Shown here piece after piece: positions 37,253 through 46,360 of a stretch of DNA of 64,000 nucleotides. The position numbers and the translations under genes are program-made. The stretch's first letter is position 1; every line of letters starts with the position of its first letter. Source of the stretch: Acidobacteriota bacterium. GTDB lineage: Bacteria; Acidobacteriota; Polarisedimenticolia; J045. The stretch covers positions 76,466 through 140,465 of the forward strand of contig JAGOJY010000004.1 in the NCBI GenBank assembly GCA_017994815.1, in the 5' to 3' direction. The notes under the pieces were generated by a model. The model was not told the DNA's origin, did not search any database, and worked only from the letters and a program-made list of their open reading frames with translations.

Positions 37253-38391
37253 CAGATCACCACCAGCTCGGCCTGCAGCGCCCCCGCGGCGCGGATCGCC
37301 TGGAAGATGGCGATCAGGTCGCGCGGGCTGACCCCGAGCTTGTTCAGCGCGTTGACGAGGTCCTCGACGCTGCTGCCCTCCGCGAGCTGCAGCGACTTCC
37401 CGTCGCTCTCCTCGGCCGCGACGTCGGTGCGCGGCACGACGGCGGTCCGCCCCTTCTCGGAAAACGGCTGGGGCTGGCTGACTTCCCACGTGCGGCTGAC
37501 GGAGATGATCAGGTTGCCGTGGGTGATCGAGACGCGCGAGATGCGCGCGTCGCCGCCGGTCACGACCGTCCCGGTGCGCTCGTTCAGCACCACGCGCGCC
37601 GGCGTGTCCGGCGCGACCGGCACCGCCAACGCCGCCGCGAGGAACTCGACCGGCTTGTCGCGCATCGCCTCGGGCACCGTCACCCGCACGGTGCCGGAGT
37701 CGATCGCCTGCGCGGTCCCGGGCTGGAAGGCGTTCGCCAGCGCCTGCTCGACCCGGTGCGCGTTGCCGAAGTCGGGCCGCCGGAGCTGCAGGTCGAACGT
37801 CGTGCGCCCCTCGAGGTCGATGCCCGAGGAGCGCTCGACGAGCGCGCCGGCCGGGATCAGCCCGGCGGTCGCGTGGTTCTTCTGCACCGACGTGCCGCCG
37901 CCGCCGGCGGCGTACGCGCCGCCGAGGCTCACCGGCCCCTGCGCGATCGCGTAGACGCGGCCGTCCGGCCCGTGCAGCGTCGTCATCAACAGCGTGCCGC
38001 CGGTGAGTGACTTGGCGTCGCCGACCGACGCGACGTTGACGTCGATGCGCGTGCCGGGCCGCGTGAACGCCGGCAGGTTGCCGGTCACCATCACCGCCGC
38101 GGCGTTGCGCACGCGGATCGAGGCCGGCGGGACGACGACGCCCATGCGCTGCAGCGCGTTGGCCAGGCTCTGGATCGTGAACTTGGCCTGCGTGCCGTCG
38201 CCGGTGCCGGCCAGCCCGACGACGAGGCCGTAGCCGACGAGCTGGTTCTCGCGCACGCCGTGTACGTCGGCGATCTCGCGCAACTGCACCGTGCGCTCGC
38301 CCGCGCGGGCCGGCGCCGCGGGCGGCTCCTGCGCCGCCGCGACCAGCGCGGCGAGCCCGAAGCAGATCGCAATGGCGCTCGCGTGTCTCAT
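37252..38391 (-). CDS. flgI: Flagellar P-ring protein FlgI
   Basis: Signal peptide, then GYGLVVGLAGTGDG...; FlgI family. Confidence 0.9.
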   Translation of the reverse strand: MRHASAIAICFGLAALVAAAQEPPAAPARAGERTVQLREIADVHGVRENQLVGYGLVVGLAGTGDGTQAKFTIQSLANALQRMGVVVPPASIRVRNAAAVMVTGNLPAFTRPGTRIDVNVASVGDAKSLTGGTLLMTTLHGPDGRVYAIAQGPVSLGGAYAAGGGGTSVQKNHATAGLIPAGALVERSSGIDLEGRTTFDLQLRRPDFGNAHRVEQALANAFQPGTAQAIDSGTVRVTVPEAMRDKPVEFLAAALAVPVAPDTPARVVLNERTGTVVTGGDARISRVSITHGNLIISVSRTWEVSQPQPFSEKGRTAVVPRTDVAAEESDGKSLQLAEGSSVEDLVNALNKLGVSPRDLIAIFQAIRAAGALQAELVVI

Positions 38392-38400
38392 CGCGTCACC

Positions 38401-39099
38401 TCAGAACGGCCAGAGCTTGGCCATCAGGCGCTGGAACCAGCCCTGCTTGGTCGTGTCGGCGATCTCGCCGTGCCCGCCGTAGGTGATCGTCAGGTCGGCG
38501 ATCTGGGAAGAAGCGATCGTGTTCGACGGGCCGACGTCCTCGGGGCGGACGATGCCGGCCAGCGTGATGATCTGCCGCTCGCGGTTGACGAGGATCTCCT
38601 TCTTGCCCGCGACGAGCATCCGCCCGCCGGCGCCGACCGCGAGCACGCGCACGGCGATGCGGCCGCTCAGCGTGGACTGCCGCGTCGTCGCGCCCTGCCC
38701 GTCGAACGACTGCTCGGTCGTGGCCGACAGCGCGAGCGCCGGGTCGAAGTCGGGGCCGAGCTTGCCCTTGGCCTTGTTCTCCCAGCCGAGGATCACCGGC
38801 GCTTTCAGCTCGGTGGACGACGAGCGGTCGAGCTGGTTGTCGGCCGACGCCTTGCCCAGCGAAGTCTCGACGATCTGCACGGTCAGCACGTCGCCCATGT
38901 GGCGCGCGCGGAAGTCCCCGACCAGCTCGGCGGCGCCGTTGTTGGCGTACAGCGAGCCCTCGGACAGCGCCGGCGCCTGCGAGGCGTCCTCGAGGACCGG
39001 GAGCGGCCCGTCGAACACGGTCGGCGTCGGCTGGGGCACCGTGGCGCAGGCCGCGCAGAGCGCGGCGAGCGCGACGCTGGCGAGCGCGCGGGAAATCAT
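38401..39099 (-). CDS. flgH: Flagellar L-ring lipoprotein FlgH
   Basis: Lipobox LAALCAAC. FlgH motifs GDVLTVQIVE and LTITYGGHGE. Confidence 0.85.
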   Translation of the reverse strand: MISRALASVALAALCAACATVPQPTPTVFDGPLPVLEDASQAPALSEGSLYANNGAAELVGDFRARHMGDVLTVQIVETSLGKASADNQLDRSSSTELKAPVILGWENKAKGKLGPDFDPALALSATTEQSFDGQGATTRQSTLSGRIAVRVLAVGAGGRMLVAGKKEILVNRERQIITLAGIVRPEDVGPSNTIASSQIADLTITYGGHGEIADTTKQGWFQRLMAKLWPF

Positions 39100-40100
39100 G
39101 GCTTCTCCTGTGCCGGGTCCGGCGCCGGCGGCGTCTCGACGACGACGCGCCCGGGGGCGACCACGCGCGCGCGGATCGGCTTGCGGTCGGCCCCGTCCAC
39201 GGTGACGGTGTCGCCGGGGTTGCCGCGGCCGCGCGCGATCGACGACAGCTCCAGCTCGATCCCGCCCTGGCGCACGAGGACCTGCACCGGCTGCCCCGGC
39301 TCGACGGCGCAGCGCCGCATCACCGCCCGCGCCGGGACCGGGTCGCCGCGCCGCAGTGGCGTGCGCAGCGTCAGCCCGGCGACCTCGGCCGGATCGCGCA
39401 GGTTGGCTTCGCCACGGCGCAGCGGGCGCGGCTCGACGCGCACGTCGCCGTCGTCGACCGCCTCGCCGGGGAGCAGGTCGCGCGTCGCCACCAGCACCTC
39501 GGCCGTCACCTCGACGCGCGCGGTCGCCGTGAAGCGCCGCGGCGAACCGCCGGGCGCCTGCGCGATCACCGGGACCAAAAGCGTCCCGCTGCTGATGCCC
39601 GCGGCCGGCGGGTCGGCGCGCAGCTCGTACGCGCCGGGCGGCATCAGCGCGTTCTGCGGCAGCGAGAGCGACAGCAGCTTGACCTCGCCGTCCGCGCGCG
39701 CGGCCAGCGTCGCGCTGACCGCGGCGCGCACGCGCTCGAGGTCGAGCGGCTGCCCCGCGCCACGGACCCGCACGTAGGGCGCGCCGGCGAAACGGATGGT
39801 CGCGCCGGGGATGCCGGACTGCTCGAGCGCGCGCCGCAGCTCCGCCGGGAGCACGACGCGGGCGCGGCCCGGCCCGGGCGCCGTCCCGACCGTCAGCGCC
39901 GCCGCGCCGTCCGCCCCGGGGCCGGACAGCTCGGCGAGTTCGGCGATGGTCAGCGGCTGCTCGGCCGCGGCGTCGGCCTGCGCGCGCAGCGTGACGACCA
40001 GCGCGCCGCTGTCCGGCGGGGCGTCGTTCGCCAGCCCCGGCAACGCGAGCAGCGCGGCCATTGCGGCCAGGACGAGCGCGAGGCGGCGCACGGCTCCCAC
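39096..40100 (-). CDS. flgA: Flagellar P-ring assembly chaperone FlgA
   Basis: Signal peptide and C-terminal SAF-like region. Position upstream of flgH/I. Confidence 0.65.
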   Translation of the reverse strand: MGAVRRLALVLAAMAALLALPGLANDAPPDSGALVVTLRAQADAAAEQPLTIAELAELSGPGADGAAALTVGTAPGPGRARVVLPAELRRALEQSGIPGATIRFAGAPYVRVRGAGQPLDLERVRAAVSATLAARADGEVKLLSLSLPQNALMPPGAYELRADPPAAGISSGTLLVPVIAQAPGGSPRRFTATARVEVTAEVLVATRDLLPGEAVDDGDVRVEPRPLRRGEANLRDPAEVAGLTLRTPLRRGDPVPARAVMRRCAVEPGQPVQVLVRQGGIELELSSIARGRGNPGDTVTVDGADRKPIRARVVAPGRVVVETPPAPDPAQEKP

Positions 40101-40104
40101 CGCC

Positions 40105-40890
40105 TCAGCGGACGAGCTGCGCGAGCTGGCGCAGCATGTCGTCCACGCTCTTGATCGACCGCGAGTTCAGCTCGTAGGCGCGCTGCGCGGTGATCATGTC
40201 CACCAGCTCGGTGACGATGTCCACGTTCGACGTCTCGAGGAAGCCCTGCTGCAACTCGCCGAGACCGTCGGTGCCGGGCGTGCCGAGGATCGGGTCGCCG
40301 CTGGCCACCGTGGACGCGAACATGTTGCTGCCGATGCTCTGCAGCCCCGTGGGGTTGATGAAGTGCGCCAGCTCGATGTTGCCGACCTGGCTCACCGTTT
40401 CGTCGGCCAACCGCACGCTGACCGTGCCATCGCGGCCGATCGTCACCGTCTGGGCGTCCTGCGGCAGCGTGATCGGCGGGTCGAGCGAGTAGCCGAGCAT
40501 GTTGACCAGGTTGCCGTTCTCGTCGGTGGTGAACGCGCCGTCGCGCGTGTAGACCATCGTGCCGTCCGGCTTGATGACCTTGAAGAACCCCTCGCCGGCG
40601 ATGATCACGTCCAGCGGGTTCTCCGTGGCGCGGAAGTCGCCCTGTTCGAACAGCTTCTTGACCGCGCCGGTGCGGGCGCCGAGGCCGATCTGGATTCCGC
40701 TCGGCAGGTTGGTCGACGCGCTCGAGGCGGTGCCGGGGGCGTTGATCGTCTGGTACAGGAGGTCCATGAACTCGGCGCGGCTGCGCTTGTAGCCGGTCGT
40801 GCTCACGTTGGCCAGGTTGTTGGCGATGACGTCCATGTTGACCTGCTGCACGGACATTCCGGCGGCGGCGGTCCAGAGCGAGCGTTCCAT
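40105..40890 (-). CDS. flgG: Flagellar distal rod protein FlgG
   Basis: MERSLWTAAAGMSVQQVNMDVIANNLANVSTTGYKR. Confidence 0.9.
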   Translation of the reverse strand: MERSLWTAAAGMSVQQVNMDVIANNLANVSTTGYKRSRAEFMDLLYQTINAPGTASSASTNLPSGIQIGLGARTGAVKKLFEQGDFRATENPLDVIIAGEGFFKVIKPDGTMVYTRDGAFTTDENGNLVNMLGYSLDPPITLPQDAQTVTIGRDGTVSVRLADETVSQVGNIELAHFINPTGLQSIGSNMFASTVASGDPILGTPGTDGLGELQQGFLETSNVDIVTELVDMITAQRAYELNSRSIKSVDDMLRQLAQLVR

Positions 40891-40939
40891 TGCCGTCTCC
40901 CTTTCTGCGCCGGGCGGGGCCGGGGCCCCGCCCCTTCGT

Positions 40940-41674
40940 TCACTTCGCGTTGGCCAGGTCGAGCGCCTTGCGCGCGAGCGTGTTGGCGGTCAGGTCGACC
41001 ACGCGCTGCTGCAGCTCGAACAGGCGACTGGCCTCGATCATCGAGACCAGCTCGTTGGTGGCCTGCACCTGCGGTTCCTCGACGAAGCCCTGCGCGACGC
41101 GGGCTTCGCCCTGCGCCATCGCGCGCGCGCCGGAACCGGCGCTCCACAGCGTCGCGCCTTCGCGGGTCATCTCCGCGACCGGGGCGTCGACGAAGCCGAG
41201 CCGCGCGACCTGCGCGCCGTTGACCGTCAGCGAGCCATCGGGCGCGATGACCACGTCGCCCTCCGGCAGCGTGATCGGCTGGCCGCGATCGTCGAGCACC
41301 GGGTCGCCTTCCGGCGTAACGAGCCGCCCGCTCTGCGCGCGCTGGAACGTGCCGGCACGCGTCAGGCGCTCGCCGGCGGTGGTGCCGACGCGGAACCAGC
41401 CGCGGCTTTCGAGCGCGAGGTCGAGCGGGTTGCCGGTCTCGCGCAGGCTGCCCGGCCGCTCGTCGCGCCAGCCCCCGCTGACGCTGACACCGTACGACGG
41501 CGGCTGCCCCTGCGGGATCTGCCGTGCCATCTCGGCGCTCAGGTACGAGGCGAACAGCGTGTGCTCCGGCCGGTACGCGGCGGTGCGCACGTTGGCGAGG
41601 TTGTTGGAGACGACGTTGAGCGTGCGCAGCCCGGCGATCATGCCCGAGGCGCCGGTGTACAGGAGCGGGTACAT
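40940..41674 (-). CDS. flgF: Flagellar proximal rod protein FlgF
   Basis: Internal Met MYPLLYTGASGMIAGLRTLNVVSNNLANVRT. Confidence 0.85.
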   Translation of the reverse strand: MYPLLYTGASGMIAGLRTLNVVSNNLANVRTAAYRPEHTLFASYLSAEMARQIPQGQPPSYGVSVSGGWRDERPGSLRETGNPLDLALESRGWFRVGTTAGERLTRAGTFQRAQSGRLVTPEGDPVLDDRGQPITLPEGDVVIAPDGSLTVNGAQVARLGFVDAPVAEMTREGATLWSAGSGARAMAQGEARVAQGFVEEPQVQATNELVSMIEASRLFELQQRVVDLTANTLARKALDLANAK

Positions 41675-41813
41675 CGTCAGTGCCCTCCCGCGACGAGATG
41701 CAAGATCCGCGCCGTTGGGAGCAATCGCCGGGCCCGGTGCAAGCACCGGCCGGGCCGCTCCCGAAGCCCGCCAGCGGCGCCGGACGCGCTGGGACCCGGC
41801 AGAATTTGCCGGG

Positions 41814-42017
41814 TCACGTGTCGGTCCTCCGCAGCTTCAGCACGACCTCCGGGACGAGGCGCAGGACCTCGACCCACACGTCTTCACCGGCGCGCAGCGC
41901 GGCGTTCGCGCGGGCCGGGACGAGGAGCCCGCCGAGTTCGAGCAGCGCGCGGCCGTCGGACATCAGCGCGGTGACCCGCGCCGCGTAGACCTCGCCGATG
42001 GCCAGCGCCGGCAGCAT
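41814..42017 (-). CDS. Small hypothetical protein in flagellar operon (67 aa)
   Basis: Internal Met immediately after the stop of the preceding small gene. No family. Confidence 0.3.
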   Translation of the reverse strand: MLPALAIGEVYAARVTALMSDGRALLELGGLLVPARANAALRAGEDVWVEVLRLVPEVVLKLRRTDT

Positions 42018-42019
42018 GC

Positions 42020-42304
42020 TCAACTCGCCCGGGCCCGGAAGCGCGCGAGGCGGTCGCGCAGCGCGGCCTCGGCGAGCAGCTCCTGCTGCTCGGCGCGCTC
42101 GACCAGATCCGCCAGCGCCGGGGCCGCCGCCGCGACCGGCGCCGCCGCCACGGCGGGCGCGGGCGCCTTGGCGCGGCGCGCGAACCAGCGCCGCCGGCGG
42201 GGCGCCGCTTCCGCCGCCCGGCGGCGCGGCCCGCGCAGCACCGCGCACAGCGCCGCGAGGATCAGCACGTTGAACGCAAGCTGCAGCACGACGAGGTCGT
42301 GCAT
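42020..42304 (-). CDS. Small single-TM protein, hypothetical (94 aa)
   Basis: TM helix LVVLQLAFNVLILAALCAVL. Directly downstream of fliN. Confidence 0.4.
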   Translation of the reverse strand: MHDLVVLQLAFNVLILAALCAVLRGPRRRAAEAAPRRRRWFARRAKAPAPAVAAAPVAAAAPALADLVERAEQQELLAEAALRDRLARFRARAS

Positions 42305-42660
42305 CAGCTGTCCCCGCGCTGCGCGTCGCCCAGCAGTTCGCGCACGCGGAAGGCGAACCGGCCGTCCACCACGACGAGGTCGCCCGCCGCGTACGGCCGC
42401 TCCTGGATGTAGAGCGTCACCGCGTCGTCCCCCTCCGGTCCGACCGGCACCGCTTCCCCCACGCGCAACGACAGCACGCGCTCGAGCGGCCAGACCTCGC
42501 GACCGAGGCGCACCTCGAGCGGCAGCTCCAGCTCGTCGAGCAGCGCGACCGACCCGCCGGCGCGCGGTGCCGCCTCGCGGCGCGGCGCCGTCTCCTCGCG
42601 CAGCTCGGCTTCGACGTCGGCCCAGCCGACCTGCCCGCCATCCCCGTCCTGGTTCGCCAT
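42304..42660 (-). CDS. fliN: Flagellar motor switch protein FliN
   Basis: SpoA domain LEVRLGREVWPLERVLSLRVGEAVPVG...GDLVVVDGRFAFRV. Confidence 0.85.
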   Translation of the reverse strand: MANQDGDGGQVGWADVEAELREETAPRREAAPRAGGSVALLDELELPLEVRLGREVWPLERVLSLRVGEAVPVGPEGDDAVTLYIQERPYAAGDLVVVDGRFAFRVRELLGDAQRGDS

Positions 42661-42674
42661 CTCGCGTCCTCCGC

Positions 42675-43607
42675 TCAGCCGCGGACCGCGCCGATCGACG
42701 CGATCTCGAACACGCGCTCGGCGTTCCGCTTCTTGAGGTAGCCCCGCATCATCAGCGCGCCGTTCAGCCGCAGCGCGAGCGGCTCGCCCTCGCGCGTGTC
42801 GAGCTGCACCACGTGGCCCGGCCGCATGCGGCGCACGTCGCTGACCCTCAGGCTCGCGCCGGTGATCACCGGCTCGACGCGCACCGGCACCTTGGCCAGC
42901 GCCGCGACCAGCTCCGGCGGGCAGCTCTCGACCGCGCGCACCGGCGGGTCGGCCAACAGCCGCGCGACGAGCACCGGCGTCATCAGCAGCCGGCACACGG
43001 CCTCGCCGGTCGGCGCGGTGACCCGGAAGCCCGCGGTCGCCAGCGTCCCGCCGCGCCGCGCGAGCCGGCCGAACAGCGGGTCGGCCTCCAGCCCGCCCGA
43101 GGCCAGCGGGGCGAGCGGGGTGTTGCGGTCGAGGTACGCCACCAGCCGGTGCAGCGCGGTCTCGAACAGCAGGCACTCGACCGGCGACAGCGCGCGCGAG
43201 CCGTCGGGCGCGGTTCCCTCGCCGCCCTGCAGCCGGTCCACGATCGACAGCGCCAGCTCGGACTGGAACGACAGCGCGCCGAGCGGCTCGCCCGCCGCGT
43301 CGACCAGCGCGCCGACCGGCTCGGACGGCGCGAGCGTCCCGAGCACCGTCGTCGCCGGCTGCTGCAGCAGCCCGGCGAACTGCGCGATGACGGGGCTCTC
43401 CGAGATCAGCACGATCGACAGCGCCTCGCCGAGCCGCGCGGCGATCTTCTCGCAGGCGGCCTGCGTCAGCGCGAGGCGCTCGCCCGCGAGCACGAGCGGC
43501 GCGCGCAGGTCGAACGGCGTCTCGCTCGTGCTGGCCGGGCGCGCCGGCTCCGCGTCGTACGACTGCAGCAGCGCGTCGACCTCGGCCTGGGACAACAGTC
43601 GCGTCAT
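42675..43607 (-). CDS. fliM: Flagellar motor switch protein FliM
   Basis: N-terminal LSQAEVDALL CheY-binding motif. FliM middle and C-terminal SpoA-like domains. Confidence 0.85.
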   Translation of the reverse strand: MTRLLSQAEVDALLQSYDAEPARPASTSETPFDLRAPLVLAGERLALTQAACEKIAARLGEALSIVLISESPVIAQFAGLLQQPATTVLGTLAPSEPVGALVDAAGEPLGALSFQSELALSIVDRLQGGEGTAPDGSRALSPVECLLFETALHRLVAYLDRNTPLAPLASGGLEADPLFGRLARRGGTLATAGFRVTAPTGEAVCRLLMTPVLVARLLADPPVRAVESCPPELVAALAKVPVRVEPVITGASLRVSDVRRMRPGHVVQLDTREGEPLALRLNGALMMRGYLKKRNAERVFEIASIGAVRG

Positions 43608-43622
43608 CGCCGCCTCCCCCGC

Positions 43623-44390
43623 TCACGCATGCTCGGGAACCTTCAGGCGCTCGTCGATCCGCGCCCGCAGCCGGGCGATGGCGCGCGTGTGGATCTGGCA
43701 CACGCGCGATTCCGTCACCTCCAGCGCCGCGCCGATCTCCTTCAGCGTCAGGCCGCGCTCGTAGTACAGGCTGAGCACCAGCCGCTCGCGTTCCGGCAGG
43801 CTCTCGATCTCCTCCGCCAGAAGGTGCTGGCGCTCGCGCTCCTGCACGCAATCGAGCGGGTTGGCGCCGGGATCGGCCGGGTCGCGGCCCTCCTCCTCGT
43901 TGCCCGGGAGCTGGCCGATGCGGATCCCGCGCGCCTGCACGTACAGCGCCTGCAGTTCCTCGATCGAGAGCTGCAGCTCCTGCGCGATCTCCTCGTCCGT
44001 CGCGGTCTGGCGCGTGCGGCGCTCGACCGCGCTGATCGCCGCCTCGAGCTTGCGCGCCGCGCGCCGCAGCGTGCGCGGCGCCCAGTCGCGGGCCCGCACG
44101 CCGTCGAGGATCGCGCCGCGGATGCGCGACTCGGCGTACGTCTTGAACTGCACGTTGTGCGAGGGGTCGAAGCGGTCGACGGCCTCGATCAGGCCCAGTA
44201 GCCCGTCGCCGACGAGGTCGTCGAAATCGACGCCCCCCGCGAGCCGGCAGCCGATGCGATGCGCGAGGTAGCGCACCAGCGCCGAGTGCCCGAGCAGCAG
44301 GCGCTCGCGGGCCGCCGACCCCGAGACGCGCGCCTCGGGTGTCCACTCGACCGACGGGTCGACCAGCGGGAGGTCGCCGGTGGTTTTCAA
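43623..44390 (-). CDS. fliA: Flagellar sigma factor FliA (sigma-28)
   Basis: Region 2 DLVGDGLLGLIEAVDRFDPSHNVQFKTYAESRIRGAI. Region 4 LSLYYERGLTLKEIGAALEVTESRVCQIH. TTG start overlapping the flhG stop was chosen; ATG at 44429 is the alternative. Confidence 0.8.
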   Translation of the reverse strand: MKTTGDLPLVDPSVEWTPEARVSGSAARERLLLGHSALVRYLAHRIGCRLAGGVDFDDLVGDGLLGLIEAVDRFDPSHNVQFKTYAESRIRGAILDGVRARDWAPRTLRRAARKLEAAISAVERRTRQTATDEEIAQELQLSIEELQALYVQARGIRIGQLPGNEEEGRDPADPGANPLDCVQERERQHLLAEEIESLPERERLVLSLYYERGLTLKEIGAALEVTESRVCQIHTRAIARLRARIDERLKVPEHA

Positions 44391-45232
44391 TGCAGGACCT
44401 CCGCGACCGGTGGGTTGTAGTCTCGGCATGGCTCGGCACCCGCACGCTGGCGGCGGTGGGCCAGCGCGGCAAAGCGCAGCGCCAGCCGCTCGAGCGAGCG
44501 GCTGGCCGGCGCGAACGGCGCGTCGATGAGCACGGCCCGCTGGCGCTTGGCGGCCGTGACGACGGCCTCGTCGCGCGGGACGAAGCCGTCCAGGTCGATG
44601 CCCTGCGACAGGAACCGCTCGGCGGCGGCGAGCAGCCGCGCGTGCACCTGGCGCGCCTCGCGCTCGTCGGCGACCCCGTTGACGACCAGCCCGACCGGCT
44701 GGTTCGGCGTGCGGCGGCGCAGGAGCTTGAGCGTGGCGTAAGCGTCCACGAGCGCGGTCGGCTCGGGCCACGTCACCAGCGCGACGCGGTCGGCCAGCGC
44801 CAGGACGCGCGAGACCTGCTCGCTGATCCCCGCGGCGGTGTCCACGAGCAGCAGGTCGTTCTGCTCGCGCACGCGGCGCACGGCGTCGACGAAGCGCAAC
44901 AGCTCGTCGGTGGTCAGCCGGGTCAGCTCCGGGATCCCGGAGCCGGCCGGGATCAGGCGGATCCCGCCCGGCCCCTCGATCGTGATGTCGTCGAACGACG
45001 CGCCGTCGCGGAAGAAGTGCTCGATCGTGCGCTTGGGCACGAGGCCGAGCATCACGTCGAGGTTGGCGAGGCCGAGGTCGGCGTCGAGCACGGTCACGCG
45101 CAGGCCGAGCTTGGACATCGCGATGGCGAGGTTGGCGACGACGGAGGTCTTGCCGACGCCGCCCTTGCCCGACGTCACCGCGAGCGCCAGGCAGCGCTCC
45201 GCGCGGCGCGGCGCCAGCGCGGGCGCGCTCAC
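44387..45232 (-). CDS. flhG: Flagellar number regulator FlhG/FleN (MinD-like ATPase)
   Basis: Deviant Walker A SGKGGVGKT. GTG start overlaps the flhF stop. Confidence 0.85.
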   Translation of the reverse strand: MSAPALAPRRAERCLALAVTSGKGGVGKTSVVANLAIAMSKLGLRVTVLDADLGLANLDVMLGLVPKRTIEHFFRDGASFDDITIEGPGGIRLIPAGSGIPELTRLTTDELLRFVDAVRRVREQNDLLLVDTAAGISEQVSRVLALADRVALVTWPEPTALVDAYATLKLLRRRTPNQPVGLVVNGVADEREARQVHARLLAAAERFLSQGIDLDGFVPRDEAVVTAAKRQRAVLIDAPFAPASRSLERLALRFAALAHRRQRAGAEPCRDYNPPVAEVLH

Positions 45233-46230
45233 CGGGCCTCCCGGCGCAGCGCCACGGGCGGTTGCCCGGGCAGCGGCAGGGCCCACGCCGCGAGGCGGCG
45301 CGCGTCGGCCGGCAGCAGGTCGTCGGGGACGTCCGGACCGCAGCCGAGGTGGTGCAGCGGCAGGCGCGTGCGGGCCAGCGCGCTGATCAGCGTCCCGGGG
45401 CGGACGGCCTCGTCCACGCGCGTCGCGCCGAGCGCGCCGGGGTGCAGGCGCGCGAAGCGCCGCACCGTTTCGGCGAGCGCTTCCGGCTCGCCGTCCGCCG
45501 CGAGCAGCAGCTCGATCTCCTCCGGGCGCGTGCCGGCGAGAAGCTGCGCCAGCCAGTCCAGCGCCTCGCCGTCGTGGCGCGAGATCCCCGGCGTGTCGAG
45601 CAGCAGCGTGCCGCGCCGGCCGGCGGCTTCGCGCGCCGCGTACAGCTCGCGGCGGTTGCGCACCGCGTGGAACGGAATGCCCAGCACGCGCGCGTACGCT
45701 TCGAGCTGCTCGGCCCCGCCGAGCCGGCGCGTGTCGCACGACGCCAGCACGACCGTGCGGCCGTCGTGGCACAGCTCGCGCGCGGCGAGCTTGGCCGCGG
45801 TGGTGGTCTTGCCCACGCCCGGCGCGCCCACCAGCACCAGCAGCGACGAGCCCGTGACACGCGGCGGCGCGCCGGCCGGCAGCCACAGCGCGATCAGGTC
45901 GCGCGCGTAGCTGACGCACGCCTGGCGGTCCTCCAGCCGGTCGCTGTCGAGGTTCGACAGCGCCGCCGCCGTGATCTGCTCGGCCAGCGGCACCGAGAAG
46001 CCGCACGCGACGAGGTCGTCGCGCAGCCGCTCCGCCGCCGGGGAGTCCGGCAGGCACGGCGCCGCGCCGGGCAGCGCCCGCCGGGGCCCCGGCCGCTCGG
46101 CCGCCGCGAGCACTTCGACTCCCGCGGGACCGCGCCGTGTCTCGAGGATGCACGCGTCGGGTCCCAGCTCGCCGCGCACGCGCGCGAGCGCCTCGGCCCC
46201 GGTGCGTCCCTGGTAGGTCTTCACGAGCAT
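45229..46230 (-). CDS. flhF: Flagellar SRP-type GTPase FlhF
   Basis: GAPGVGKTTTAAKLAA and DTPG motifs. Confidence 0.85.
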   Translation of the reverse strand: MLVKTYQGRTGAEALARVRGELGPDACILETRRGPAGVEVLAAAERPGPRRALPGAAPCLPDSPAAERLRDDLVACGFSVPLAEQITAAALSNLDSDRLEDRQACVSYARDLIALWLPAGAPPRVTGSSLLVLVGAPGVGKTTTAAKLAARELCHDGRTVVLASCDTRRLGGAEQLEAYARVLGIPFHAVRNRRELYAAREAAGRRGTLLLDTPGISRHDGEALDWLAQLLAGTRPEEIELLLAADGEPEALAETVRRFARLHPGALGATRVDEAVRPGTLISALARTRLPLHHLGCGPDVPDDLLPADARRLAAWALPLPGQPPVALRREAR

Positions 46231-46360
46231 CCGCGCCCCAAGGGGGACAGGTGGCACACCGGTCCCCGGTTGTCGCTGCGAACCGCGCGTCGGCAAGTCC
46301 CTGTCTGTACGGGCCGCCGCAGGCGGCCCGCTACGCGACGCGTCACGCCGTCGCGCGTCA

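Noticed and set aside
42020-42304. Calling this small TM protein FliO
   Set aside because: A better FliO candidate lies at 51306..51692, immediately upstream of fliP with the FliO C-terminal motif.
42304-44472. 722-aa minus-strand ORF covering fliN, fliM and fliA in another frame
   Set aside because: It conflicts with three well-supported flagellar CDSs. Only its C-terminal fliN part is real.
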